From: Dictyostelium discoideum
Lineage: Eukaryota
DNA: 64,000 bases
Assembly (NCBI GenBank): GCA_000004695.1
Contig: CM000151.3
Location: 224,001-288,000, forward strand
Reading direction: 5' to 3'
How positions within the stretch are numbered: position 1 is the stretch's first letter; every line of letters starts with the position of its first letter. Below the pieces are notes generated by a model. That model was given only the letters and a program-made list of their open reading frames with translations, did not search any database and was not told the DNA's origin. This document shows, piece by piece, positions 1 to 13,817 of the stretch. The position numbers and the translations under genes were made by a program.

Positions 1-2
1 AA

Positions 3-1244
3 ATGAATCGTGCTTTGGAGATCATTTTCCCAATGGGTTTATTCATTGGTGATTCTTCAACCGTTTTATCAAATCCACAAACTCATGCCATTCAATTGAT
101 TAAATCATTACCACCAATCACTGTGGATATTTTCCCATCGGTGATTTCAATACTTTTGAAATATATCTCGATTGGTATCAATATGGTTTCACCACCATTC
201 ACACCAACTTCAGCAACTTGTGATTTCATATTCCCACCACAAACTCCAATTACAAAGGATTTAGTCTACTATTCAACCATCACTGAACAATCAATCGATT
301 TAATCTATGAACTATTTTCACATTCTTCAACAACTGATGAAATGAGATCATTGGTATTCGAAGATATCATAAAGGTATTGGGTGCTTCAATGTTAACCAA
401 ATATCAAAAATATCATTCAACCATTTGGAAACTTTCTGTATCAAATTTAATTAAACTATTACCATCTGGTCTATTGGCAATTAATATCGATTCAAATCAT
501 TTAAATGATATTAAAAGAAATATCATTTGGACAGAGTTAATCGATTCAATTCAAACTTTTATACTTCATGAAAGACCAAATCATCAAATTTCACCAGAGA
601 AAAGATTAGAAGAGGATCAATATGATATTGATCTTATCAATGCAATTTCAAAGGAAATGGTTGGTTTCTCTGGTATTAAAGTTGAACGTGTTTCAATCAT
701 TCGTGATAGATTAGTTGAAATTTTACAAGAAGGTTCGGTTTTATCTGCTCATGGTCGTGAAAAAGTTGCTCAATCTTGTTATAGAAATATGTTTTCAATT
801 TGTTCAACTACAAATAATAATAATAATAATAATAATAAAAACGATAATAATAATAATAACAATACCGATGATAATGATGGTAATCAAGCTTCAGAATCAA
901 TTGAAATTGCTAAAGTAGTATTACCAGTGGTTTTAAAACGTTGTAAAGATGTTTTAACAAGATTTGTAATTGATGAAAGACAATCTGGTAATTATCCATT
1001 ACCAAGATATCGATTATCTGAAATCTCTTTTATCTTGAAAGAAATTTATGAATTACAATTACAATCAGGTGTTTATCAACCATTAAATAATAGTACAACT
1101 ATAATTAAACCCGAATGTAAAAGACCTCATCTATTAGAATTATATACTATACTTTGTGATTGTATTTGTACTTCTGAAAAAGAAATTAAAGAATTATTAA
1201 AAAATATATTTTTAATTATCTCGAAAGAATTTTTAAATTTATAA
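3..1244 (+). CDS. 3' part (413 codons) of a gene whose 5' end lies left of the window; product unknown, contains a poly-Asn tract
   Basis: Frame is open from the window edge to TAA at 1242-1244. Dictyostelium-style codon usage. (AAT)n Asn tract around 815-890. No family recognised by eye. Confidence 0.5.
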   Translation: MNRALEIIFPMGLFIGDSSTVLSNPQTHAIQLIKSLPPITVDIFPSVISILLKYISIGINMVSPPFTPTSATCDFIFPPQTPITKDLVYYSTITEQSIDLIYELFSHSSTTDEMRSLVFEDIIKVLGASMLTKYQKYHSTIWKLSVSNLIKLLPSGLLAINIDSNHLNDIKRNIIWTELIDSIQTFILHERPNHQISPEKRLEEDQYDIDLINAISKEMVGFSGIKVERVSIIRDRLVEILQEGSVLSAHGREKVAQSCYRNMFSICSTTNNNNNNNNKNDNNNNNNTDDNDGNQASESIEIAKVVLPVVLKRCKDVLTRFVIDERQSGNYPLPRYRLSEISFILKEIYELQLQSGVYQPLNNSTTIIKPECKRPHLLELYTILCDCICTSEKEIKELLKNIFLIISKEFLNL

Positions 1245-1407
1245 AATTTAAAATAAATAAATAAATAAATAAAAAAATTATAATTATAAAAAAAAAAAAA
1301 AAATTAAAATTAAAATAAATCTTTAATCTTTTTTTTTTTTTAATCAATTTTAATATTATAATGATTAAATTGAAAAAAAAAAAAAAAAGAAAAAAGATTT
1401 TTTTAAT

Positions 1408-1744
1408 TTAATTTATTTTTTTATTACTAATTAGTAATAAAATTAAAAAGTAATTACAAAAACAAAAAATAAAATGATGAATAAAGAAGATATTGAGTTT
1501 AAATGAAGAATTACAGTATAATTCTCTCAAAAATGCATTCTGTCCACAATCGTCACTTTCTTTAGTAAAGATTCTATCTGATAGAGAACAAATTGTTTTT
1601 TTACAATGTTTTGAAACACAGGATTTTGTATAATAATTACTACCATCCAAAGAGCACTTATTATCGAATGCACACTTTTCCACACCGTCTGAATAAATAG
1701 ATTTGTATATTTCTGGCATGTTCAATACAAATACCATCAGAGCA

Positions 1745-1782
<38 letters not shown>

Positions 1783-2060
1783 AATAATATTATAATATTT
1801 GTTAATTTATTAATTTTATTATTACTACTAACATATAAATCTTTATTGTAATCACACATATCTTTAGAGCAGTCAGCACCTAATCCAGCGAGTTGTTTTT
1901 TAAAACAAACAATTGACCAAAGCACTGGCTTGAATAGGTGCACGATTCACCCTCAAATTTTATTTTTTTACATATATCATCTATACAATATTCATCATAA
2001 TTGCAATTGGAATTCAATCCATTACAATTTTCAGAAGATTTAAATTTACATTTGTTATTT
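1408..2060 (-). CDS. putative small cysteine-rich (secreted-type) protein, multi-exon; exon/intron model uncertain
   Basis: Two minus-strand ORFs (1408-1737, 1737-1943) and a further Cys-rich open frame 1945-2060. Repeated C..D..C spacing (KCKFKSSENCNGLNSNCNYDEYCIDDIC; GADCSKDMCDYNKD; EKCAFDNKCSLDGSNYYTKSCVSKHCKKTIC). The pieces are separated by a poly-T stretch (probable intron) and one frame change. The 1737-1943 ORF starts on GTG, not ATG. Confidence 0.25.
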
Positions 2061-2561
2061 ACATAAAAATATCTTTAAAATTCAAAAAAAAAAAAAAAGA
2101 AAAAAAAAAAAAAAGAAAAATTAATGGGTTTGGGAGTTGAATAGAAAATAAAAAATATAATTAAAAAAAAAAAAAGAGGCCAGCACTGCATAAAATTACT
2201 TAAATTTTGTATCCTGCCAACTTTTAGGGTTTATTTGAAAAAGATCTTACATTTATTTTTTTAAAATAATTTAAACTTTTTTTCAAAACAATCATTTTTT
2301 TTGTAGCTAAATAATTTTTTTACCCACTACAAAAAAAATTTTAAAAATAGAAATAATAAATATAAATAATTTTTTTATTTATAAATTTTATATCTAGATG
2401 TTGAACAACACTTATTTAATTTAATTATTTTTTTTTTATTTTAGGAAATTTAATTAAAAAAATGAAAATTTCATTTGTGTTTTTTTATTTTTTTTTTTTT
2501 TTTTTTTTGTTTTTTTTTTTTTTAATTTGGTTTGATATTATTTTCATATGTAAAAATAAAA

Positions 2562-2895
2562 ATGTTAAGATCAATAATTAAAACAAAAAACATAGTTCAA
2601 AAATCATCAATAATAAATCAATTATTTAAATATAAAAATAATTCTATAGGAACAATAAAAGATAATAGTAATAATAATAATAATTATTTTAAAAGAAACT
2701 TTACATCATATGATGAATTAGGTAGAAATTTTTTAAAGAATTATAGAAATGTTAAAGATGAATTTTCATCTTCAAAACTATATGAAAAAATTAATGATGA
2801 AAATAAAGAATTATTAAAAAAAATTGATTCTAAAAATTCCTTATATCTTTCAAAATTAATTACAACAGGTATGTATGTGTATATTTATTTTTTAG

Positions 2896-2930
<35 letters not shown>

Positions 2931-3913
2931 AAATTTTATTTATTTATAAATAAAAAATAATAATAATAATAGTTGAATCATCAAGAGAAGATCATCAAGA
3001 ACAAAGTAGAATGATTATATCATATTTATCAAGTTTAGCAAAAGAAAAAGGTACACAATATAATTCATTTCGTATTGGTATTAGTGGACCACCAGGAGCA
3101 GGTAAATCAACATTCATTGAAGCATTTGGAAAATATTTAACATCATTAGGACATAGGGTTGCAGTATTGGCAATTGACCCATCGTCAGTAAGATCTGGTG
3201 GTTCAATTTTAGGTGATAAAACTAGAATGACAGAATTGGCAGTAGACGAGAATGCCTATGTCAGACCATCAGCAACTAGAGGCTCATTGGGTGGCATAAC
3301 TAAAGGAACTTCCGACACTATCATTCTATGCGAATCTGCAGGATACGATATAGTTATAGTTGAAACCGTTGGTGTTGGTCAATCTGAGGTGTCAATAGAC
3401 GATATGGTAGATTGTTTCGTTCTGTTAGTGCCACCTGCAAATGGCGACGAACTTCAAGGTTTAAAAAAAGGTATTGTAGAATCTGCCGATATCGTAGTGG
3501 TTAATAAAGCCGATGGCGAATTATTACCAAAAGCAAGATTCACCGTCTCAGAGTACACTTCGGCTTTCAAGCTCCAAAGACCAAAAAATCAGCATTGGAT
3601 CTCCAAAGTTGTGTCATGTTCTTCCATTTCAAAGGAACATATCGATAAAGTTTGGAATACAATGTGTGAATTTAAAAAAGTTATGATGAATTGTGGTGAC
3701 TTAAAAACTAAAAGATCACTTCAAAAAGAAACTTTTATGAAGAAATTATTAGAAGAAGAATTATTAACTTTACTCCATCACAATGAAGATGTTCAAAAAG
3801 TTTTACCTTACTTTGAACAACAAGTGAAAGATGGTATTCTTTCACCAACTTTAGCATCAAATGAAATAATTAAAACATTTTTAATTTCTGAAAAAAATAA
3901 ACCAATTAAATAA
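2562..3913 (+). CDS. mmaA: MeaB/ArgK-type G3E-family P-loop GTPase (methylmalonic aciduria type A protein homolog, methylmalonyl-CoA mutase chaperone). Two exons, 2562-2868 and 2973-3913; intron 2869-2972 (GTATGT...AATAG).
   Basis: Exon 2 contains FRIGISGPPGAGKSTFIEAFG...VAVLAIDPSSVRSGGSILGDKTRM...VETVGVGQSE...VVNKADG, the characteristic MeaB Walker A/switch/NKxD layout. Exon 1 begins at ATG 2562 (MLRSIIKTKNIVQKSS, a mitochondrial presequence-like N-terminus). The splice phase is consistent (1 nt carried, ...TTG+V-ESSRED...). The ORF-track start at 2532 is TTG. Confidence 0.85.
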
Positions 3914-3991
3914 TAATAATAACAAATAACAAATAAAAGTTTTTTTTTTTTAAACTTTTTTTTTTTAAACTTTTTATTTTATTTTATTTTT

Positions 3992-4659
3992 TTAAAATCT
4001 TGTAACAATCATTTTTTCACCAGTTGAAGTTGTAATTGGTCTTGAATAAGTTAAAATGAATTGTTCTAAAGAATTACCAGGTGGAATTGTTGATTTAATG
4101 AATGGTTCAATATCATCAATTGACCAACGAGTTGAAATTTGAAATAATTCTTTGAATCTTGCTTTTGGAATTGTTGGTAATATTGATTCATTTATAAATT
4201 TAACGGATTTCTCTTTTGGATTGGTTGATGATGATGGTATTAAAATTGCAATTCCTTTTAACATTGAAAAGTTTGGTTGAATTTCAATTGGTAATGTGTC
4301 TTTCCAATTATCCATAAAATCTTCAAATTTCATATTACTTTTATTTGATAATGTTAATAATTGTTTTGCTCTAAAAATACAAACTTTATTAAAATCTAAT
4401 GAACAAATATTTTCATCATTATTATCATCACCACCACCACCTTTTATTTCTTCACCACCACCACCACTATTTGTTGGTGATTTCTGTTTACTATATAATT
4501 GTAAACAATGCTTAATTATAAATTCAGGTGCTCTTATATTCTCTATACATTTATCAATTGGTATATTATCTAATTTCCATGCACCGATTGTTGCTTCTGA
4601 TAATATTAATTCTAAAATTTTAAATTCATAATTTTCTGAAAGTACAATATACCTATCTG

Positions 4660-4693
<34 letters not shown>

Positions 4694-5290
4694 TTCTTCT
4701 TTATCATGATTGTTTTTTTATATTAAAACTTACTTTTATAAATTAAAGTATTTAATTTTAATAAATATTGTTGAATTTCTTTCTCACTTGATTGAATTCT
4801 ATCAATTATTTCATCAAAAGAGAAACCTAATAAATTTTCATCATCTTCAAAATCTAATGAATTATCAATTGCTTTAGAGTATAATAAATCTTTTAAAACA
4901 TTTAATTTTGGTTGTATCTCTGTTAATTCTAAATGATATTGTAATGCTACTTTAATTTTATTAGTGTCTTTTGATACTAATAACATTGAATTTGATGTAT
5001 GTCCTGCTCTAATTGTAAATGTTTTATCATCTGTACATAATACTGCTTCATCTGTTAATGAACCTTTTATAACTAATCTTTTTATTTAGAAATAAAAAAT
5101 AATTATAATAAATATTATCATAATATTAATACCAGTGATTCAGTTTATGTATAGATATCTATACATACTTTTTATTATTTTTAATTTGATCTAAAATTTC
5201 TTGATTTGCTTCTAAAAATCTATAGTCAGTATCTGGATAATCTGATGAAAATGTGATTACTTTGGTATCATCATCATCATTTGGTGTCAT
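3992..5290 (-). CDS. dscc1: sister chromatid cohesion protein DCC1 (DSCC1, CTF18-RFC subunit) homolog. Three exons (plus coordinates) 5290-5169, 5077-4734, 4656-3992; introns 5168-5078 and 4733-4657.
   Basis: Assembled 376-aa product aligns by eye with human DSCC1: IRAGHTSNSMLLVS vs IADTSNMLLFIP; IIKHCLQLYSKQ vs MIEHCLKCYGKK; LKGIAILIP...ARFKELFQISTRWSIDDIEPFIKS vs LKGLALVD...ERFNSLFSLREKWTEEDIAPYIQD. The ATG at 5290 is followed by donor AA|GTATGT. Acceptors are AAAAAG|A and TTTTCAG|A. Phases check: 122+344+665 nt = 377 codons. Confidence 0.7.
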
Positions 5291-5504
5291 TTTTTTTATT
5301 TATTTTAATTGGTATTTGTTTATTATTAAAGTTGGGAAATAAAAAAAAAAAAAAAAAATAAAATAAAAAAAAAATGAAAAAAGTTTTTTTTTTTATTGGC
5401 GCCAAAATAAATAGAATAATAAAAAAGAATCAAAAGATATTTACTAATTTTATTTTAATACTATTTACAAATTTTATTTTTATATGCTTTTTTTTTTTTT
5501 TTTT

Positions 5505-5548
5505 TTAGTGCTCAACTGTTATATTGCCACCATTATTATTATTATTCA

Positions 5549-5605
<57 letters not shown>

Positions 5606-6059
5606 TATTATTATTCATGTTATTATTATGATTCATATTATTATTATGATTCATATTATTATGATTCATATTATTATTATTATTATGATTCAAATTATTA
5701 TTATTCATATTATTACTATTCATACTATTTCCACTATTATTGTTATTACTATTACTATGATGATGACTACCATCAGGTCTATCTTTTTTTGATTTTTTCT
5801 TTTCACCACTTGTAGAACTGCTACTTGAACCATCTCTATGTTTTCTCTTTTTCTTATCTCTATGTTTTTTATCTCTCTTTTTATCTTTATCAGGTCTTTG
5901 ATAACCACCATCTAATAAAGTGAAAGCTGATCTCAATTGACTATCATCCAATGATAATAAAATTAATTCTTGTTGATTTTCATCAAAAAAGTTACCTTCA
6001 ACTAATCTTGTTAAACCTCCTGGTGGTTTAGGTGGTTCTGGTTGTTGAGGTTGTTGAGG

Positions 6060-6097
<38 letters not shown>

Positions 6098-6482
6098 GCT
6101 GTGGTGGTACACCCATATTAACATCTTGTTGACCACTTGCATTTGTATTATTACTATTATTATTATTATTACTATTATTATTATTATTACTACTACTACT
6201 ACTACTATGCTTTGATTTCTCTCTTTTAATATAATTATCACCTGGTAAATTCTTTACATAAGATTTATAAGTTGAAGATAAATGTTTTGAATTAAATTCA
6301 TTTAATGTTTTATAAAGATTAAAATGTTCTAATAAATTTGTTTCTCCTGTTATATTTTCTGATGATTCTATTTTATTTAAAATAACAAAAATTAATATTA
6401 GAAATTGAAAAAAAGTGAACAAAAAATATACATATATATATTTACTTTCTATAGGGTTTATAAGATAAAGTGAAGAAGACAT
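5505..6482 (-). CDS. low-complexity Asn/Gln-rich protein with a central Lys/Arg/His-rich basic block; probable 78-bp intron at 6368-6445
   Basis: ATG at 6482 (minus). [12 protein letters not shown], then GTAAAT...AAATAG (90% A/T), then SSENITGE... Long poly-N, poly-Q (CAA)n and [20 protein letters not shown] segments. Stop at 5505-5507. Confidence 0.45.
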
Positions 6483-6688
6483 TTTTATTAAAATTCAAAA
6501 AAACATATAAAAGTTTTATTTATGTGTATTAAAAAAAAAAATGAAAAATTAAAAAAATTTTTTTTTTTTTTTTTTTTTTATTTTTCTTTTTTTTCTTTTT
6601 TTTTTTTTTCTTTTTTTCATATTTTTTAATTAATTTTCAAAATAAAATAAAAAAATATCTAAGAATATCAATTTTTTTAATTTTTTTT

Positions 6689-8323
6689 ATGGATTTATTA
6701 TTTTTTAAAGTATGGAGAAATAAATATTTAAATAACTATATTTATAAAATTGTTGAAGAATTTGAATATTATAAACAAAGAAAACCAATTAAAAATAGTA
6801 AAATTTTAAGAAAATTGAAAAATGGTCAATATCTTACAAATATAATTTTAAATAGTAAATCAGTATTTATTGATGGTTATGAATTACCTGAAACCATATC
6901 AATATTAGAATTGGGTGGTAAAATGGTGTCACCCTTAAAAGAGAATAACATAACTCCATACATCAGCAAACTAATAATCAGTAGTGTTTCAATTAATTAT
7001 AGTATTCCATCGTCAATTTTACCAACTCATTCAATTACACATTTAAAATTTTGTAATCAGTGTGAAATTAATATTGAATTTCAAATTGGGACATTACCAC
7101 CGTCATTGAGAACACTCTATTTAGGAAACTACAAACATCCTTTAAAAGAAGGCATTCTACCCACTGGTTTACTAAAATTAACAATACACTCATACGAATA
7201 CCCAATTAAAAAAAATGATATCCCAAACACTGTAAAAGTACTAACCTATGGTAAAAAATTCATAGGTTGTAAACCTGCAAATAGCGATACCAACACTAAT
7301 AGCAATATTAATACCAATACTAATAAAATTAATAAATTGTTAAATATTGTTATACCAAATTCAGTTGAAGAATTATCAATTTTATTTGATATTGGTTATA
7401 TACCGATTTTAGCAGACTCTATTAGAAAATTAACTATTGGGAGATTAAATTTTAATTTAGAATTTACAGATAAATTAAATAAGAGAACATTCCCATACAA
7501 TTATTGTTTTTTACCAGAGAATATAACTGATTTAACATTTTTACAAATTATACCATTATACAATACATATGGTGGTAAATGGATTATTAATGATGATATA
7601 TTACCAAAATCATTAATATCTTTAAAATTTGGATTTTTATGTTCAATTGAATTTTTAAATAATTCATTATCATCTTTAAAAAATTTAAAAGAATTAGAAT
7701 TATTAAATAGTTATTTTTTACCAAAACCAACGTCAACAAAATCAAAATCATCTACAACGATGATGACACAATTATTTAAATTTGAAATACCAAAATCAAT
7801 AGAGAAATTAAAATTATCAAGAGATTTTTCAATTTTAAATTCAATAGTTAATAAAGAATTGTTGTTACCATTATTATCAGATTTATCAATTGGGTTATAT
7901 GATGATAATGATGATGATAAGTTTAATTATTTAGGATCATTACCTGAAACAATTAAAATATTAGAAATTCAAATTAGTAATTTAGGAATTGAGAGATCAT
8001 TTTCATCAATTACATCATTAAAGATATCTGGTATTAATTTTCAAAATATTAATATTGTACCTTTTAAAGCACCATTATTGAAATCATTAGAATTTGATGA
8101 TAATTTTAATAATAAAATTTGTATTGATTTTATACCGAAATCTGTAACAACTTTAATATTTGGTAATCGTTTTAATAGACCATTATCATCATTAAATCTA
8201 CCACAATCTTTAACAAAATTAACATTAGGTTGTAGATTTCCAAAAGAAAATATTAATCAACTTTATAATCAATTACCAAATTTAAAATTAATAAATTTTA
8301 AAAAAAAATTCGAACTTCTTTAA
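6689..8323 (+). CDS. FNIP-repeat-containing protein (Dictyostelium FNIP/IP-LTxLxFGxxFN repeat family), single exon, 544 aa
   Basis: Repeated IP.S[LV].L.FG..FN-like units (LPPSLRTLYLGNYKHPLKEGILPTGLLKLT; IPKSVTTLIFGNRFNRPLSSLNLPQSLTKLTLGCRFP). Family-typical N-terminus MDLLFFKVWRNKYLNNYI. Confidence 0.7.
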   Translation: MDLLFFKVWRNKYLNNYIYKIVEEFEYYKQRKPIKNSKILRKLKNGQYLTNIILNSKSVFIDGYELPETISILELGGKMVSPLKENNITPYISKLIISSVSINYSIPSSILPTHSITHLKFCNQCEINIEFQIGTLPPSLRTLYLGNYKHPLKEGILPTGLLKLTIHSYEYPIKKNDIPNTVKVLTYGKKFIGCKPANSDTNTNSNINTNTNKINKLLNIVIPNSVEELSILFDIGYIPILADSIRKLTIGRLNFNLEFTDKLNKRTFPYNYCFLPENITDLTFLQIIPLYNTYGGKWIINDDILPKSLISLKFGFLCSIEFLNNSLSSLKNLKELELLNSYFLPKPTSTKSKSSTTMMTQLFKFEIPKSIEKLKLSRDFSILNSIVNKELLLPLLSDLSIGLYDDNDDDKFNYLGSLPETIKILEIQISNLGIERSFSSITSLKISGINFQNINIVPFKAPLLKSLEFDDNFNNKICIDFIPKSVTTLIFGNRFNRPLSSLNLPQSLTKLTLGCRFPKENINQLYNQLPNLKLINFKKKFELL

Positions 8324-8356
8324 ATAAAATTTATTATTATATATTATATTATTATT

Positions 8357-10234
<1,878 letters not shown>

Positions 10235-10320
10235 TGTTGGTTATTATTACACTATTTTTTTCGAAAATAGGTTTTTTTATTTTTTTTTTTATTTTACATA
10301 AAATAAATTTAAAATAAAAT

Positions 10321-10351
<31 letters not shown>

Positions 10352-10745
10352 GATTTTTTTTATCGACCAAAAACTCCAATTTAAGATTTTTCCATCACTT
10401 TTTTTATTTTCAAATAAAAAAAAAAAAAAAAATAAAAATAAAAATAAAAATAAAAATAAAAATAAAAATAAAAAATAAATAAAAAAACAAATAAAAGTGT
10501 ATAATTTATTTTTTATAATTTATTTTTTTTTTTTATTAATACCATCTTTTGTTGTATTAATATTCAATAATTTAAATAAATAACAAATAAAAAAAAAAAA
10601 AAAAAAAACTTTTTTTTCGAATTTTTATTTTTATTTTATTTTTTTTTTTTTTTTTGTCGGTCGGTTTTTTTGAAATTTTGATCTTTTTTTTTTTTTTTTT
10701 TTTAATTTTTATTTTTGTAACAAGTCATTGTATAATATAAATAAA

Positions 10746-12540
10746 ATGACAAAGAAAACAACTACTTCCACAACTCTAACTAAAAAAAGACCATTAAATG
10801 AAGTAACAACCAAGAAATCAACCACAAACTTAACTAAAAAGAAACCATTAAAACAAGTTACAACTAAAAAACCAATAGAAGTTGAAAAACCAGCATGGAA
10901 TGATGAAGAAGATGAAGATGAAGATGAAAATGAAAATTCAGATGAAAAAATAAATAATACAATTGAAGAAGAAGAAGAAAAAGAAGAAAAAGTAGAAGAA
11001 AATGAAGAAGAAAAAATTAAAGAAAATGAAGAAGAAAAAGGAGATAATAATGAAGAAGAAGAGGATGAAAAAATTGTTAAAAAAACAAAAGTTTCAAATG
11101 AAAGTGCTTGGGCAGATGAAGAAGATGTTGGTAAATTTAAAAATAGATCTTTATTAAGTGTGTATGTATAAATTAATTTCTATTTCTATTAATTTAAATA
11201 AATATATATATATATATATATAAATAATATATTTATATTTTAACTTTTTTATTTTTTTTATTTTTTTTATTTTTTTTTTTAAAAAAAAAATAGAACACCA
11301 GAATGGGCAAAAATTAAAGAAAAAGGTGAAGATGATAAAGAAGAAGAAAATGTTTTTAATAGTAATAAGAATTTAGTTAATAATAATGAATTTAGAATTT
11401 TACAAGATAGAACTAGAAGTTCATTAACATCAAAAGTTACTGGTGTAGCATATGGTTCAAATGGTAATGTATTTATGGCAGATTCAAAAGGTATATTTAA
11501 AGTTTTTTCACGTGAAATCGAAGCTTCAAAAATATATGATAAACAATTATACGAGAGTAAATTTGTTGATTTCTCAATTACAAACCTTTACTATATTGAA
11601 AAATCAAATGAAGTAATTATAACCGGTCTTGATAAAGAGTATTATTTTACTTTTGATGTTAAATCTGAAAAAATTACAAAACGTCCATTAAGAGGTAAGT
11701 TTTTAAATAGATAAAATAAATAGATAAAATAAATAAAAAAAATAAATTATATTAATATTTTTTTATGGGGTTTTTTTTTAAAAAAAAAAAGTTGGTAAAA
11801 ATTATTTAAAAAAATCAGCAATTTCAGAAGAATACTTTTCAATTTCAGATTCTACAGGTAGAATTATGATGATATCGACAGCAAGTAAGACCATAGTTAA
11901 TGAGGTTAGAATGCCATCAGCAGAGATAACAACAATGAAATTCTCATCGAATGGAAAGATATTGTTGATTTCATCAGAGGGCTACATTTTTTGTTACAAT
12001 GTTGATAGTATGTCAATGATTCATAAATTTAAGGATTATGGTAACTTTGGATTGAATTCGATTACCACCATTACATGTTCACCAAATGGTAATTATTTAG
12101 TGACAGGTTCTCAATCTGGTATTATCAATAGTTATCGTTTCTCTGATTGTATGGAACAAACCACACCAAAACCATTGAAAATCATTGACTCGATCGTTTA
12201 TCCAATCACTGGTTTAGAGTTTAGTCCAAACAGTTTAATGCTTTTGGCAAGTAGTGAATTTGATAAATTATCTTCAAAATTAATTTTATATCCATCTCAT
12301 CAAACTTTTAAAAATTTTAAACTATCATGTAAAGTTGAATCATTTTGTTTCTCTCAAAATTCTCAAAGACTTTTAATTGGTGAAGAAGATGGTAGTTTAA
12401 CATTATTAAGATTTAAACCTATAATTATTAATAATAATAAAAATTTTAAAAATAATAATAAGAATAATAAAAAATATAATAATAATAAAAATAATAAAAA
12501 TAATAATAAAAATAAAAATAATAAAAATAAAAAATAAAAT
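10746..12540 (+). CDS. utp18: UTP18 (U3 snoRNP / SSU-processome WD-repeat protein) homolog. Three exons 10746-11161, 11294-11694 and about 11849-12540. The exon-3 acceptor is ambiguous: AGs at 11817, 11827 and 11848 are all in frame.
   Basis: PAWNDEEDEDEDE and SAWADEEDVGKF acidic motifs match the UTP18 N-terminal PAWVDEEDEDEE-type motifs. C-terminal WD region GIINSYRFSDCMEQTTPKPLKIID...GLEFSPNS...GEEDGSLTLLRF parallels human GVVNIYNQDSCLQETNPKPIKAI...SLTFNPTT...GNEKGKALMYRL. Donor GT|GTATGT at 11162 and acceptor AATAG|A at 11293 (phase 2). Donor AGAG|GTAAGT at 11695. The true ATG is 10746; the track start 10728 is TTG. Confidence 0.75.
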
Positions 12541-12630
12541 TAAAATTATAATAAAATCAATTAAAAAAGTGAATATAAAAAAAAAAAAAAAAAAAATAAT
12601 AATAAAAAAAGTTTAAAAAAAAAAAAAAAA

Positions 12631-12760
12631 GGTTTTGAGTGTGTGTGTTAATGTTGTGTGTAAAAATTATTAAAATAGGTGTGGGTATGTTTGTATATAT
12701 GAGTTTGGTATGGCGTTGGTGTGAATGAGTGGGTATGTATAAAATTATAAAGTTATTTTT
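12631..12760. promoter_or_regulatory. GT-rich (G-box-like) island in otherwise pure A/T intergenic DNA
   Basis: GGTTTTGAGTGTGTGTGTTAATGTTGTGTG...GGTGTGGGTATGTTTG...GGTGTGAATGAGTGGGTATG. Resembles GBF-type G-box/CAE elements of Dictyostelium developmental promoters. Function not demonstrable from sequence. Confidence 0.2.
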
Positions 12761-13014
12761 GTTTATATCGTATAACAATATAATTCTAAAAATATATCAT
12801 CAGAAATGTTTTTTTTTTTTTTCAAACCTTTTTTTATCTTTTTTTTTTTTTTTTTTTTTTGTTTATTTCAAATTAATAAATATGATCATCATAAAGTAAC
12901 CCCTAATTAATCTTTTTTTTTTAATTATAATTATTGTTATTTTTTTTTTATTTTTTTTTTTTATGAAAATCATCATCATCATCATTGGAACTAAGATTGA
13001 TTTAATTATTTTTT

Positions 13015-13063
<49 letters not shown>

Positions 13064-13164
13064 ATTTAATTGTGATCTACATATTTATTAGTATCGTTTT
13101 TTACCAATATTTTTTTTTAAAATTTTCTAATCATCAAGCACCACGTTAACAAACTATTAAAATC

Positions 13165-13198
13165 ACAACATACAAACATACAAACATACAAACATACA
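13165..13198. repeat. (ACAAACAT)4 short tandem repeat
   Basis: ACATACAAACATACAAACATACAAACATACAC, read directly. Confidence 0.8.
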
Positions 13199-13566
13199 CT
13201 AAACATCTAATCCATAATTATCATAAAAAAGCTAAATATGGAAGTTTTTTTATTTTTATTATTTTTTTTTTTTCAAATAAATGGAAAATAATTTACCTAT
13301 TTTTACAATATCATTTTTAATCAATGTTCCATTATTTTTTAAAAATAAATGAAAATTCAAATAGTATAATTAAAGGATAAAAATAATTTTAATAATAATG
13401 ATAAAAGTAAAAAAGAAATTAGAATAATTAAAAAAAAAACATTGAATTTTTCAAAATAGAAACAAAAAAAATTAATTATTAAAAACTTCACTGTGAGGTG
13501 ATTATCATGTTTTCTACTTTATTATATTTATATAAATTAAATCATAAAATAAATAATTTGGGTATA

Positions 13567-13601
<35 letters not shown>

Positions 13602-13782
13602 ATATTGATTCCTTCAGATTATTTTACCCCTTTCAACACACAAAAAATATAAATTATTTGAAAAAAAAAAAAAAATAAAAAAAATAATAATAATAATTAT
13701 AATATTAACATATCAAGATTTTAATTAAAAAAAAATTTCCAAAAAAATAAAAAAAACAACGGAAAATCTCTCCATAAACACA

Positions 13783-13817
<35 letters not shown>

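Noticed and set aside
715-918. Nested plus-strand ORF MKFYKKVRFY...
   Set aside because: Alternative frame inside the 3-1244 gene across its poly-Asn tract.
4296-4631. Plus-strand ORF MSFQLSIKSS... (111 aa)
   Set aside because: Antisense to DCC1 exon 3, which has clear homolog support.
5484-5792. Poly-Ile plus-strand ORF, and the 5720-5911 / 6011-6241 minus-strand ORFs
   Set aside because: These are translations of the (AAT)n/(CAA)n tracts of the 5505-6482 gene in the wrong strand or frame.
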